A stretch of DNA of 64,000 nucleotides from assembly GCF_965232425.1 (NCBI RefSeq), contig NZ_OZ246971.1, forward strand, positions 3,233,436 to 3,297,435. The letters are read 5' to 3'. Below, in pieces: positions 46,936 through 56,067 of this stretch. Position numbers and translations under genes: made by a program. Source of the DNA: Roseibium sp. Lineage in GTDB: Bacteria; Pseudomonadota; Alphaproteobacteria; Rhizobiales; Stappiaceae. Under the pieces are notes generated by a model that was not told the DNA's origin, made no database searches, and saw nothing but the letters and a program-made list of their open reading frames with translations. Each line of letters starts with the position of its first letter. The first letter of the stretch is position 1.

Positions 46936-48177
46936 ATGTTTGCGGATAACCCGGCACTCCTCGGGTTGGCGACCATCGTTATCGGCGTCGGTGCCTGCCT
47001 TGGTTACTTCTTCTTGTCGAACGTAGTTCTGGACAAGGTCATCTTTCCGGCTTCCGGACCGAATGCGGGCCGGAACATCAACCGGGCGAACATGGTGCGG
47101 CCCTGGCTGTTTCTGTTCCCGGCCCTGTTCGCGCTGCTGCTTTATCTTGCCTATCCGGTCTTCGAAACGCTACGTCTTTCGCTGACGGACCGGGACCAGG
47201 GCGGCGCGTTCGTCGGACTTGCCAATTACCAGCAGATGATGGCGGAACCCAAGTTCTGGGAGGCCGTGCGCAACAACATGCTCTGGCTGATCGTGGTGCC
47301 GGCCATCTCCACCGCTTTCGGTCTTCTCGTCGCACAGCTGACGGACCGGATCAGATGGGGCAACCTTGCCAAGTCCCTCATCTTCATGCCGATGGCGATT
47401 TCCTTCGTCGGCGCGTCGGTCATCTTCAAGCTGATCTATGACACCCGGCCGGAGGATCAGAACCAGATCGGTATCCTGAACGCCGTCTGGCTGAAATTCG
47501 ACGGTGGCATCGGATCGGTGCTGATGCTGCAGGTGCTGCCCTCGATGCTGCTCATCGGGTTCATCGTCATCGTCGCCTCCGTCGCCTGGTCATTCGCACG
47601 CGGCATCATCGCCAAGGGCGAAGACAAATCCGTCTGGTTGCTGCCGCTCCGGCTGCTCGTCGCGGGCGGTGCCCTGTGGCTGATCTGGGTCTCCGTCAGT
47701 TCCCTGCTCGGGCTCTGGATCGGTGAACTCCCTTATGGTGAAGCGCAGACCTGGCTGACCATTCCGCTGTGGAACAACTTCTTCCTGATGGTCGTGCTGA
47801 TCTGGATCCAGACCGGCTTCGCGATGGTGATCCTGAGTGCGGCCCTGCGCGGCATTCCGGAAGAAACAGTCGAGGCAGCCATCATCGACGGGGCCAACCC
47901 CTTCCAGATTTTCTTCAAGATCAAGGTGCCGCAGATCATGGGTACGATCGTGGTTGTCTGGACGACAATCACGCTCACCGTTCTGAAGGTCTTCGATATC
48001 GTCTTCGCGATGACCAATGGTCAGTGGGAGACGCAGGTCCTGGCGAACTACATGTACGACAAGCTGTTCCGCGCCAATGACTGGGGAGTCGGCTCCGCGA
48101 GCGCGATCGTCATCATGCTGCTGGTGACGCCGATCCTCGTCTGGAACGTCTACAACGCGCGCAAGGAGATGAGATAA
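46936..48177 (+). CDS. Sugar ABC transporter permease (MalF/AglF-like, extended)
   Basis: 413 aa, polytopic, with the EAA-type loop AALRGIPEETVEAAIIDGANPFQIFFKIKVP. Confidence 0.8.
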   Translation: MFADNPALLGLATIVIGVGACLGYFFLSNVVLDKVIFPASGPNAGRNINRANMVRPWLFLFPALFALLLYLAYPVFETLRLSLTDRDQGGAFVGLANYQQMMAEPKFWEAVRNNMLWLIVVPAISTAFGLLVAQLTDRIRWGNLAKSLIFMPMAISFVGASVIFKLIYDTRPEDQNQIGILNAVWLKFDGGIGSVLMLQVLPSMLLIGFIVIVASVAWSFARGIIAKGEDKSVWLLPLRLLVAGGALWLIWVSVSSLLGLWIGELPYGEAQTWLTIPLWNNFFLMVVLIWIQTGFAMVILSAALRGIPEETVEAAIIDGANPFQIFFKIKVPQIMGTIVVVWTTITLTVLKVFDIVFAMTNGQWETQVLANYMYDKLFRANDWGVGSASAIVIMLLVTPILVWNVYNARKEMR

Positions 48178-49325
48178 TGGCCACGATCGCCGGCAAGAAA
48201 TCCGGACTGGTTTGGGCAGTCCATATCTCCGTCGTTTTCCTTGTTCTCCTGTGGCTGTTTCCGACGATCGGCCTGTTCGTGTCGTCGTTTCGGACCGCCG
48301 ACCAGATCTCGAGTTCCGGCTGGTGGGCGGCGCTGTTCGAGTCCGAACAGAACGAGGTCTACCGGGCCGCCGATCCGGACGACAACCGGGTTGCCGACGG
48401 CGACATGTTCGTGGTGAGCGGAAACATCTTCGAGGGTGATCCCCGCCAGATCCGGGCCTGGGGCATCTCGTCCAGGGACGTCTCCGCGTTTCAGCCCGGT
48501 GAAACCGCGGAGATGAAGGACGGCGAAAGCGTCACGCTCGACGCCGACGGCAATTATGTCTGGCGCGGCAACGACAAGCAGTTGTCGGGGCGCGGGCAGC
48601 GTATCTTCATTACCGCGACGGTTCCGCCCGAGTTCACGATCGACAATTACCGCACGATCCTGTTTTCCGGCTCGGGCCAGGACAACATGGCGAAGGCCTT
48701 CTTCAATACGCTGACGGTCACGATCCCCGCAACGATCATACCGATCGTGGTCGCGGCCTTTGCCGCCTATGCGCTCGCCTGGATGGAATTTCCCGGCCGT
48801 GCGCTGCTGATCGCGGCGGTCGTGGGGCTGCTTGTCGTGCCATTGCAGCTGGCGCTCATACCGCTGTTGCGGCTGCATCTCGGCATCGGGATCGGCAAGG
48901 GATATCTCGGGGTCTGGCTTGCGCACACGGCCTTCGGCATGCCGCTGGCCGTCTATCTGCTTCGAAACTACATGGTCGGGCTTCCCCGGGATATCATCGA
49001 GAACGCCAAGGTCGACGGCGCCACCGATTTCCAGATCTTCACCCGGATCATCCTTCCGCTCAGTTTTCCCGCCCTCGCGTCGTTCGCCATCTTCCAGTTC
49101 CTGTGGACGTGGAACGATCTGCTGGTCGCAAAGGTGTTCCTGATCGACGCGACGGGCTCGACGACGGTCATGACCAACCAGATCGTCGAACTGCTCGGCA
49201 CACGCGGCGGCAACTGGGAAATCCTGGCGACAGCGGCCTTCGTCTCGATTGCCGTTCCGCTGGCCGTCTTCTTCGCGATGCAGCGGTACCTGGTTCGTGG
49301 TCTCCTAGCAGGATCGGTCAAGTAA
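48177..49325 (+). CDS. Sugar ABC transporter permease (MalG/AglG-like with a large periplasmic loop)
   Basis: 382 aa. The start overlaps the previous stop (TAATG). EAA loop LPRDIIENAKVDGATDFQIFTRIILP. Confidence 0.8.
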   Translation: MATIAGKKSGLVWAVHISVVFLVLLWLFPTIGLFVSSFRTADQISSSGWWAALFESEQNEVYRAADPDDNRVADGDMFVVSGNIFEGDPRQIRAWGISSRDVSAFQPGETAEMKDGESVTLDADGNYVWRGNDKQLSGRGQRIFITATVPPEFTIDNYRTILFSGSGQDNMAKAFFNTLTVTIPATIIPIVVAAFAAYALAWMEFPGRALLIAAVVGLLVVPLQLALIPLLRLHLGIGIGKGYLGVWLAHTAFGMPLAVYLLRNYMVGLPRDIIENAKVDGATDFQIFTRIILPLSFPALASFAIFQFLWTWNDLLVAKVFLIDATGSTTVMTNQIVELLGTRGGNWEILATAAFVSIAVPLAVFFAMQRYLVRGLLAGSVK

Positions 49326-49358
49326 CATGAACAAGAAACACATTGGGGAGCAGCCGGC

Positions 49359-50450
49359 ATGACCTCCTTGTCCTTGAAAGATGTCAGCAAGTCCTATGGT
49401 GAAATCGAAGTTCTGCGGAACATCAACCTTGAGATCGAGCAGGGCGAGCTGATCGTATTCGTCGGGCCGTCGGGATGCGGAAAGTCCACCTTGCTCCGCA
49501 TGATTGCCGGTCTGGAGAAGATCACGGGTGGCACGCTTGAGATCGATGATGTGGTCGTCAATGACGTGCCTCCGGCCCAGCGCGGTATCGCGATGGTGTT
49601 CCAGTCCTACGCGCTTTATCCGCACATGACGGTCTATGACAACATGGCCTTCGCCCTGCGGCTGGCGCACAAGTCGAAGGAAGAGATCGACAAGGCCGTC
49701 AAGAGCGCGGCCGAAACGCTGCAGCTCACGCAGTATCTCGACCGGCTGCCGAAAGCGCTGTCGGGCGGGCAGCGCCAGAGGGTCGCCATCGGCCGCTCGA
49801 TCGTGCGCGATCCGAAGGTGTTCCTGTTCGACGAACCGCTGTCCAACCTGGACGCGGCGCTCAGGGTGGCCACGAGGATCGAGATTGCGCAGCTCAAGGA
49901 GAGCATGCCGGAAAGCACGATGATCTACGTCACCCACGACCAGGTGGAAGCGATGACGCTGGCCAGCCGGATTGTCGTGCTGCACGGTGGCAATGTCGAA
50001 CAGTTCGGCGCACCGCTGGACCTTTACGAGCGTCCCGCAAACACGTTCGTGGCGCAGTTCATCGGGTCGCCGGCCATGAACCTGATCACGGCCGAAGTGA
50101 CGGCAACCGGCCACGTGACGTCGGTCAAGATGTCCGACGGCGGTCACGCGGATGTTCCCATTCAATCGCGCGACGGCGACATTGCAAATGCCGTCAAGCT
50201 CGGCGTGCGTCCCGAAGATCTCACGGTTACCGAAAGCAACGACTATCTCGTGTCCGCGGAAGTCGAGATTGTCGAGGCGCTGGGCGAGACGACGGTGCTC
50301 TATTTCAAGTCGCGGAACGGAGAAGATGCGCTCATCGCCAAGCTTCCCGGTATTCACAAGATCGACAAGGGTACGACCATCCGTCTGACGGCGGTTCCGG
50401 AAAAGCTGCATCTGTTCGACAGCGACGGCAAATCGTTCCTGTACCGTTAG
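49359..50450 (+). CDS. Sugar ABC transporter ATP-binding protein (MalK/UgpC-like)
   Basis: Walker A GPSGCGKST, LSGGQRQRVAIGR and FLFDEPLSNLD, plus a C-terminal regulatory domain. The stop TAG (50448-50450) is part of a TAGGGTGCGGACCC motif. Confidence 0.88.
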   Translation: MTSLSLKDVSKSYGEIEVLRNINLEIEQGELIVFVGPSGCGKSTLLRMIAGLEKITGGTLEIDDVVVNDVPPAQRGIAMVFQSYALYPHMTVYDNMAFALRLAHKSKEEIDKAVKSAAETLQLTQYLDRLPKALSGGQRQRVAIGRSIVRDPKVFLFDEPLSNLDAALRVATRIEIAQLKESMPESTMIYVTHDQVEAMTLASRIVVLHGGNVEQFGAPLDLYERPANTFVAQFIGSPAMNLITAEVTATGHVTSVKMSDGGHADVPIQSRDGDIANAVKLGVRPEDLTVTESNDYLVSAEVEIVEALGETTVLYFKSRNGEDALIAKLPGIHKIDKGTTIRLTAVPEKLHLFDSDGKSFLYR

Positions 50451-50465
50451 GGTGCGGACCCTGGC

Positions 50466-50488
50466 CAGACGGACCGATTTTCCGTCTG
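50466..50488 (+). terminator. Hairpin after the sugar ABC operon (candidate terminator, no clear T-run)
   Basis: CAGACGGA-ccgattt-TCCGTCTG, 16 nt after the stop. Confidence 0.35.
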
Positions 50489-50696
50489 CAGGGCATTTGA
50501 CCACCCGGGTTCGCCGAAAGACGCAGCCTGGAGACGACAGCCCGTTTACCTGAGTTTCCGGCGTGCCCGCCGGTCGACGCAGCCTGCCCGCGCAGGCGGC
50601 CACGCGCTTGTTTTGCAGCCTGTTCGCGCCGTGCCCGACCTCCGCCGGCGCGAATTTCTGCCGGCATCCCGTTGTTTTCACGTCTGTTCGTTCTTG

Positions 50697-50740
50697 TCAT
50701 ATGATTTTCATATGAACGTCGAATTATGTTCATATGAAAA
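50697..50740. promoter_or_regulatory. Three TCATATGA boxes including a perfect 13-bp inverted repeat, upstream of the DeoR-family gene
   Basis: TCATATGA occurs at 50697, 50708 and 50730. TTTTCATATGAAC (50705-50717) and GTTCATATGAAAA (50728-50740) are exact reverse complements separated by 10 bp. Confidence 0.5.
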
Positions 50741-50843
50741 TGGTGTATGATGTTTCAGGAACGGTTCCCCTCGCGGCCGTTCAAGTGACGTCTAATGAAA
50801 CCAGGCCGGTTCCGGCCGGTTTGGGCAACGGGCACAGACATAG

Positions 50844-51638
50844 ATGCGCACCTTGGGCCAGATAGAAATTTCCAAACGCCAGGCCGAGATCACCGATCTC
50901 GTTCAGAAGACCGGTTTTGCGTCCGTCGAAGACCTCGCCGAGCGTTTTGATGTAACGACGCAGACCATCCGCCGGGACGTCAACGGCCTGTGCGAACTCG
51001 GCATGCTTCGCCGGACCCATGGCGGTGTCGAACCGCCTGCCCCTGCCTCGAACATTCACTATTCGACCCGGCAGATCCTCAATCTGCGGCAGAAGCAACA
51101 GATCGCGAGACTCGTGGCGGAGCGGATAAAGAACCATCAGTCGCTGGCATTTTCCATCGGCACGACACCGGAGATCGTGATGCAGGCGCTGGCAGGCCAC
51201 GAGCAGCTGGCGATCTTCACGAACAATCTGAATGTCGCCTTCACCGCGTCCAGCAACCCTTCGTTTCAGGTGACGATCGCCGGTGGACGCCTCCGGCACG
51301 GGGACCGCGACATCCTGGGGTCGGCAGCGCAGGACTTCTTTTCGAACTACAAGGTCGATGTCGGCGTTTTCGGCGTTGCCGGTGTCGATGAAGACGGCAC
51401 CCTGCTCGATTTTCACGAAGACGAAGTTGCCGCGCGCCAGTCCATCTTGAAGAATTGCCGCACGTCCTGCCTGGTTCTGGATCACAGCAAGTTCGGACGC
51501 AGCGCGCATGTGCGCGGCGGTCATCTCACGGATGTCGACGCCGTATTCTGCGACCGCCCGGTTCCCGCGGTCTTTCTTGAAAGCCTCAAGGGTTCCAAGA
51601 CGGACGTCTTCATTGCGGATCAGGAGGGAGCAGCCTGA
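50844..51638 (+). CDS. DeoR-family transcriptional regulator (GlpR-like)
   Basis: RQAEITDLVQKTGFASVEDLAERFDVTTQTIRRDVNGLCELGMLRRTHGG HTH followed by a sugar-phosphate-binding domain. The stop overlaps the next gene's ATG (TGATG). Confidence 0.85.
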   Translation: MRTLGQIEISKRQAEITDLVQKTGFASVEDLAERFDVTTQTIRRDVNGLCELGMLRRTHGGVEPPAPASNIHYSTRQILNLRQKQQIARLVAERIKNHQSLAFSIGTTPEIVMQALAGHEQLAIFTNNLNVAFTASSNPSFQVTIAGGRLRHGDRDILGSAAQDFFSNYKVDVGVFGVAGVDEDGTLLDFHEDEVAARQSILKNCRTSCLVLDHSKFGRSAHVRGGHLTDVDAVFCDRPVPAVFLESLKGSKTDVFIADQEGAA

Positions 51639-52708
51639 TGGCGGAAACTGCCCTTGAGATATCCGGCAAGCCGATCACGCTTGAACACGTTTCGCGGTCC
51701 TGGGGAGAAACGGTGGCCGTCGACGACCTGTCGATCGAGGTGGCTGCCGGTTCCTTCACGGCATTGCTCGGTCCTTCGGGCTGCGGCAAGTCCACCACCT
51801 TGCGCATGATCGCAGGGCTCGAAAGCGTCAGCGCGGGACGGATCCTGATCGGTGGCGACGATGTGACCGGGAAGCCGTCCTCCAAGCGCGATCTGTCGAT
51901 GGTGTTTCAATCCTATGCCCTGTTTCCGCATCTGAGCGTCGCCGAGAATATCATCTTCGGGCTGAAGGTGCGCCGGGTGAACCGGAGCGAGCGCGATGCG
52001 CGCCTGAAGCGTGTTGCCGACCTCCTGGGCCTGTCGCTTCTGCTGGAGCGCAAGCCGGGCCAGCTCTCGGGCGGACAGCAGCAGCGTGTGGCGCTCGGCC
52101 GCGCGATCATCGGCGAGAAACCCATCTGCCTGATGGATGAACCGCTGTCCAATCTCGACGCCAAGCTCCGGCACGAAATGCGCCTGGAGATCCGGTCGCT
52201 GCAACAGCAGCTCGGTTTCACGATGGTGTATGTGACGCACGACCAGGTGGAGGCGATCACCATGGCCGACCAGGTCGTGCTCCTGAACGAGGGTCAGCTG
52301 GAACAGGCGGCAGAACCGCGTGAGCTCTACGAGAAACCGGCCAGCCCCTTTGCAGCGAAATTCATCGGGACGCCGCCCATGAATCTTTTTCCGGCGAACG
52401 CCTTCAAGAAACTGTCCACCGCGCCGGATTTCCAGCTCGGCATCCGTCCGGAGGCGATGCACCTTGCCGACGACGGGCCCATGACGGCCGACATCAGGGC
52501 CGTTGAATATCTGGGCGCAGACATACTGGCCGATTGCGTCGTTGCCGATACCTCCTTCCAGGTGCGGTTGCCGACCAACCGATCCGTGGCGCCGGGGCAA
52601 TCGATCCAACTGGGATTCGAACCCGACGCCCTTCACGTTTTCGACGCCGATACAGGCCGGCGGCGGGACGACCTCGTGACCGAATTCGGAACGCTGTTGC
52701 GTTCCTGA
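51638..52708 (+). CDS. ABC transporter ATP-binding protein (UgpC/MalK-like)
   Basis: Walker A GPSGCGKST, LSGGQQQRVALGR and CLMDEPLSNLD. 356 aa. Confidence 0.88.
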   Translation: MAETALEISGKPITLEHVSRSWGETVAVDDLSIEVAAGSFTALLGPSGCGKSTTLRMIAGLESVSAGRILIGGDDVTGKPSSKRDLSMVFQSYALFPHLSVAENIIFGLKVRRVNRSERDARLKRVADLLGLSLLLERKPGQLSGGQQQRVALGRAIIGEKPICLMDEPLSNLDAKLRHEMRLEIRSLQQQLGFTMVYVTHDQVEAITMADQVVLLNEGQLEQAAEPRELYEKPASPFAAKFIGTPPMNLFPANAFKKLSTAPDFQLGIRPEAMHLADDGPMTADIRAVEYLGADILADCVVADTSFQVRLPTNRSVAPGQSIQLGFEPDALHVFDADTGRRRDDLVTEFGTLLRS

Positions 52709-52775
52709 CCGACTGCGCGCGCCTGCGTAGATCAGCCGCAATGATGCGGATGTTCAAACCTTAGGAAGTATTGAG

Positions 52776-54059
52776 ATGTTGAAGTCCACTTTCCTGAAAG
52801 CCGTTGCGGCAACGGCTCTTACGTTCAGCACCTGGGCGTCCGCTCAGGCCGTTGACCTGCAGTTTTATTTCCCGGTCGCCGTTGGCGGTACGGCCGCTGA
52901 AACCATCCAGGAGCTGACGAATGAATATGTCGCCCAGAACCCGGATGTGAACATCGATGCTGTCTACGCCGGTTCCTACCAGGACACGGTTGCCAAGGCG
53001 ATCACCGCGTCGCGTGGCGGTAATCCGCCCCAACTGTCCGTGATCCTGTCCGTCGACATGTTCACGCTGATCGACGAAGACCTGATCGTGCCGTTCGACG
53101 ACTATCTCTCCGGCGACGAAGACAAGACATGGATCGAGGGGTTTTACCCGGCATTCATGGAAAACAGCCAGACCGGCGGCAAGACCTACGGTATTCCGTT
53201 CCAGCGCTCGACGCCGGTGCTCTACTGGAACAAGGAAGCTTTCAAGGAAGCCGGTCTCGACCCGGATGTCGCGCCTGAAACCTGGGATGAAATGGTCGAG
53301 TTCGGCAAGAAGCTGACCAAGAAGGACGCCAGCGGCAAGGTCACCCAGTGGGGCGTGCGCATTCCCTCGTCCGGTTTCCCCTACTGGCTGTTCCAGGGCC
53401 TGGCCATCCAGAATGGCGCGATCCTGGCCAATGCCGACGGCAACAAGACCAATTTCGACGATCCGAAAGTTGTCGAAGCGCTTCAGTACCTGGTCGATCT
53501 GAGCACCAAGGACGCGGTCATGGCGCCTGGCATCATCGAATGGGGTGCGACACCGAAAGCGTTCTTCGAGGGGCAGACGGCGATGATGTGGACGTCCACC
53601 GGCAACCTGACCAACGTGCGCAACAACGCGCCGTTCGATTTCGGTGTTGCCATGCTGCCGGCCAAGGAAACCCGCGGTGCGCCGACGGGCGGCGGCAACT
53701 TCTATCTGTTCAAGGGAGCATCCGACGAGCAGTCCAAGGCCGCGGTCGAGTTCGTGAAGTGGATCACCGCTCCGGAACAGGCCGCGAAGTGGACCATCGC
53801 AACCGGTTATGTGGCGCCGCGTGCAGAAACCTGGGACACGGAAACGATGAAAGCCTACACGGCCGACTTCGCTCCGGCCCTTGTTGCCCGCGACCAGCTG
53901 GAGTTTGCCAAGGCGGAGCTTTCCACCTTCCAGAACCAGCGCGTTACCGGCCTCTTCAACGACGCCCTGGCGTCCGCGATCACGGGACAGAAAGACCCCG
54001 CCACGGCGCTGAAGGAAGCGCAGGAACAGGCTGACAAGATCCTGGCAGAGTATCGCTAA
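52776..54059 (+). CDS. Family-1 extracellular solute-binding protein, UgpB-like (glycerol-3-phosphate or related polyol-phosphate candidate)
   Basis: 427 aa with signal peptide MLKSTFLKAVAATALTFSTWASAQA. The block STPVLYWNKEAFKEAGLDPDVAPETWDEM parallels E. coli UgpB [29 protein letters not shown] (recalled from memory). Confidence 0.65.
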   Translation: MLKSTFLKAVAATALTFSTWASAQAVDLQFYFPVAVGGTAAETIQELTNEYVAQNPDVNIDAVYAGSYQDTVAKAITASRGGNPPQLSVILSVDMFTLIDEDLIVPFDDYLSGDEDKTWIEGFYPAFMENSQTGGKTYGIPFQRSTPVLYWNKEAFKEAGLDPDVAPETWDEMVEFGKKLTKKDASGKVTQWGVRIPSSGFPYWLFQGLAIQNGAILANADGNKTNFDDPKVVEALQYLVDLSTKDAVMAPGIIEWGATPKAFFEGQTAMMWTSTGNLTNVRNNAPFDFGVAMLPAKETRGAPTGGGNFYLFKGASDEQSKAAVEFVKWITAPEQAAKWTIATGYVAPRAETWDTETMKAYTADFAPALVARDQLEFAKAELSTFQNQRVTGLFNDALASAITGQKDPATALKEAQEQADKILAEYR

Positions 54060-54071
54060 GGTCCTGTCGAA

Positions 54072-54101
54072 GCGGAGCGCCACCCCACTGAGGCGCTCCG
54101 C
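54072..54101 (+). other. Intercistronic GC hairpin after the binding-protein gene
   Basis: GCGGAGCGCC-accccactga-GGCGCTCCGC, a perfect 10-bp stem beginning 13 nt after the stop. Confidence 0.6.
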
Positions 54102-54140
54102 ATTCATTCAACTGAATTCAACGGTCTGACTGGGACGACG

Positions 54141-55028
54141 ATGCGGGAACTGAAACTGAAACGGGACTGGATCCACGGATGGCTGCTGCTGCTGCCGGCG
54201 CTGGTGTTCCTGTTTGCCTTCACGCACATTCCGGCGGTCACGACCCTGATCAACAGTTTCTTCTCGACGCCGCGCGGCCGCCGGTCGGCGAAATTCATCG
54301 GTCTCGACAACTATGACCGCATGATCAACGACCCGGTGTTCTGGAAAGTGCTGTGGAACAATCTGTGGTTTGCGCTGGGCACGATCCCGGCTTCCGTTGC
54401 GCTGGCGATCGTCATGGCCCTGTGGGTCAACGACAAGCTGGCGGGGCGCAGTTTCGTGCGCATGGCCTATTTCACCCCCACCGTCCTACCGCTGATCGCC
54501 GTCGCCAATATCTGGCTGTTCTTCTATACGCCCGGCTTCGGCCTGTTCGACCAGATCACAGGGTTCCTTTTCGGGTGGCCTGCGAGCAACTACCTCGGCA
54601 ACCCCGACACCGCGCTCAACGCGATCATCGTGGTGACCGTCTGGAAGGAAGCCGGCTTCTTCATGATCTTCTACCTTGCCGCGCTGCAGGCGATCCCGGT
54701 TTCGCTGAAGGAGGCGGCGCAAATCGAGGGGGCAGGGCGCTGGACGATCTTCTGGCGGATCACCTTCCCGCTACTGATGCCGACGACGCTTTTTGTCTGC
54801 GTCAATGCGGTGATCAATTCCTTCCGCCTGGTGGACCATATCTTCATCCTGACGGACGGCGGCCCGGACAATGCCTCCGCACTCCTGCTCTTCTACATCT
54901 ATGAAGTCGCGTTCCGTTTCTGGGAAACGGCCTATGGCGCGACGCTGACGGTTGCGCTTCTCGCGCTGTTGTCGCTGCTGGCGATCGGGCAGTTCTTCTT
55001 TTTCGACCGGAAGGTGCATTACAAATGA
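54141..55028 (+). CDS. ABC transporter permease (UgpA-like)
   Basis: 295 aa with six TM segments and the EAA loop AALQAIPVSLKEAAQIEGAGRWTIFWRITFP. Confidence 0.82.
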   Translation: MRELKLKRDWIHGWLLLLPALVFLFAFTHIPAVTTLINSFFSTPRGRRSAKFIGLDNYDRMINDPVFWKVLWNNLWFALGTIPASVALAIVMALWVNDKLAGRSFVRMAYFTPTVLPLIAVANIWLFFYTPGFGLFDQITGFLFGWPASNYLGNPDTALNAIIVVTVWKEAGFFMIFYLAALQAIPVSLKEAAQIEGAGRWTIFWRITFPLLMPTTLFVCVNAVINSFRLVDHIFILTDGGPDNASALLLFYIYEVAFRFWETAYGATLTVALLALLSLLAIGQFFFFDRKVHYK

Positions 55029-55846
55029 CCGGCTCTTCCGATGTCTTCGACCGCGCGCTCAACACCATTGCCGCCTGGGCTCTTGCGCTGCTCTGGGTTC
55101 TGCCGCTGGCCTATGCGGTCTGGACCGCGTTTCACCCGGCTGCCTACGAGGCGCGGTTTGAACTGTTTGCGCCCCTGACGCTGGAGAATTTTTCAAAGGC
55201 CTGGGATGCGGCACCGTTCGCCCGCTACTTCCTGAACACCTTCATCCTGGTGACGATGATCCTGGCGGGCCAGTTTTTCCTGTGTACGCTCGCGGCATTT
55301 GCCTTCGCCCGGTTCGAGTTCCCGGGGCGCAACATCCTGTTTGCGCTGGTGCTGCTGCAGCTTCTGGTCATGCCGGACATCCTGATGGTCGAGAACTACA
55401 AGACCATGCGGCTCCTCGATCTCGTCGATACCATCCCGGCCATTGCCTTGCCCTATATCGCGTCCGGCTTCGGCATCTTCCTGCTGCGGCAGACCTTCAT
55501 GACCATTCCGAAGGAGCTGGACGAGGCGGCCCGCATCGAAGGGGCGTCGGTTCTCGGGGTGCTCTGGAAGGTCTATATCCCGCTCGCAAAGCCGACTTAT
55601 CTCGCCTATGGCCTGGTGTCGGTGAGCCATCACTGGAACAACTTCCTGTGGCCGCTGATCGTGACAAATTCCGTCGAGACGCGTCCCGTCACGGTCGGCC
55701 TGAGCATCTTCTCGGCCATCGACAGCGGTATCGAATGGTCCGTGATCAACGCGGCGACTTTGATGACCTCCGGGCCGCTGCTGATTGCGTTTCTCCTGTT
55801 CCAGCGGCAGTTTGTGCAGAGCTTTATGCGGGCCGGCATCAAATAG
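55025..55846 (+). CDS. ABC transporter permease (UgpE-like)
   Basis: 273 aa. ATGA overlap with the upstream permease. EAA loop TIPKELDEAARIEGASVLGVLWKVYIP. Confidence 0.82.
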   Translation: MTGSSDVFDRALNTIAAWALALLWVLPLAYAVWTAFHPAAYEARFELFAPLTLENFSKAWDAAPFARYFLNTFILVTMILAGQFFLCTLAAFAFARFEFPGRNILFALVLLQLLVMPDILMVENYKTMRLLDLVDTIPAIALPYIASGFGIFLLRQTFMTIPKELDEAARIEGASVLGVLWKVYIPLAKPTYLAYGLVSVSHHWNNFLWPLIVTNSVETRPVTVGLSIFSAIDSGIEWSVINAATLMTSGPLLIAFLLFQRQFVQSFMRAGIK

Positions 55847-55990
55847 AATTTCCTGGCGTCAACCGGCCAAATCTTCGGAAATTTTCGCGCGGTGGCGGGT
55901 TTCGGTACAGGTTGGCATGACCGGTCAGCCACCGAATTCAATCTTTAGGATGATTGACGCGCGCTGCATTCATGCTATTAACTCAAGGCG

Positions 55991-56010
55991 AATTTAAATG
56001 GATTTAAATT
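55991..56010. promoter_or_regulatory. Perfect 20-bp AT palindrome upstream of kdgK (operator candidate)
   Basis: AATTTAAAT-GG-ATTTAAATT lies 58 bp upstream of the kdgK GTG. The same 9-mer AATTTAAAT recurs at 37960-37968 just upstream of gnd. Confidence 0.45.
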
Positions 56011-56067
56011 GCAGAAATCAGCGAGTTTGAACAACGCTGTCCGCTGTGATTTCCTGGGAGGAAACCT

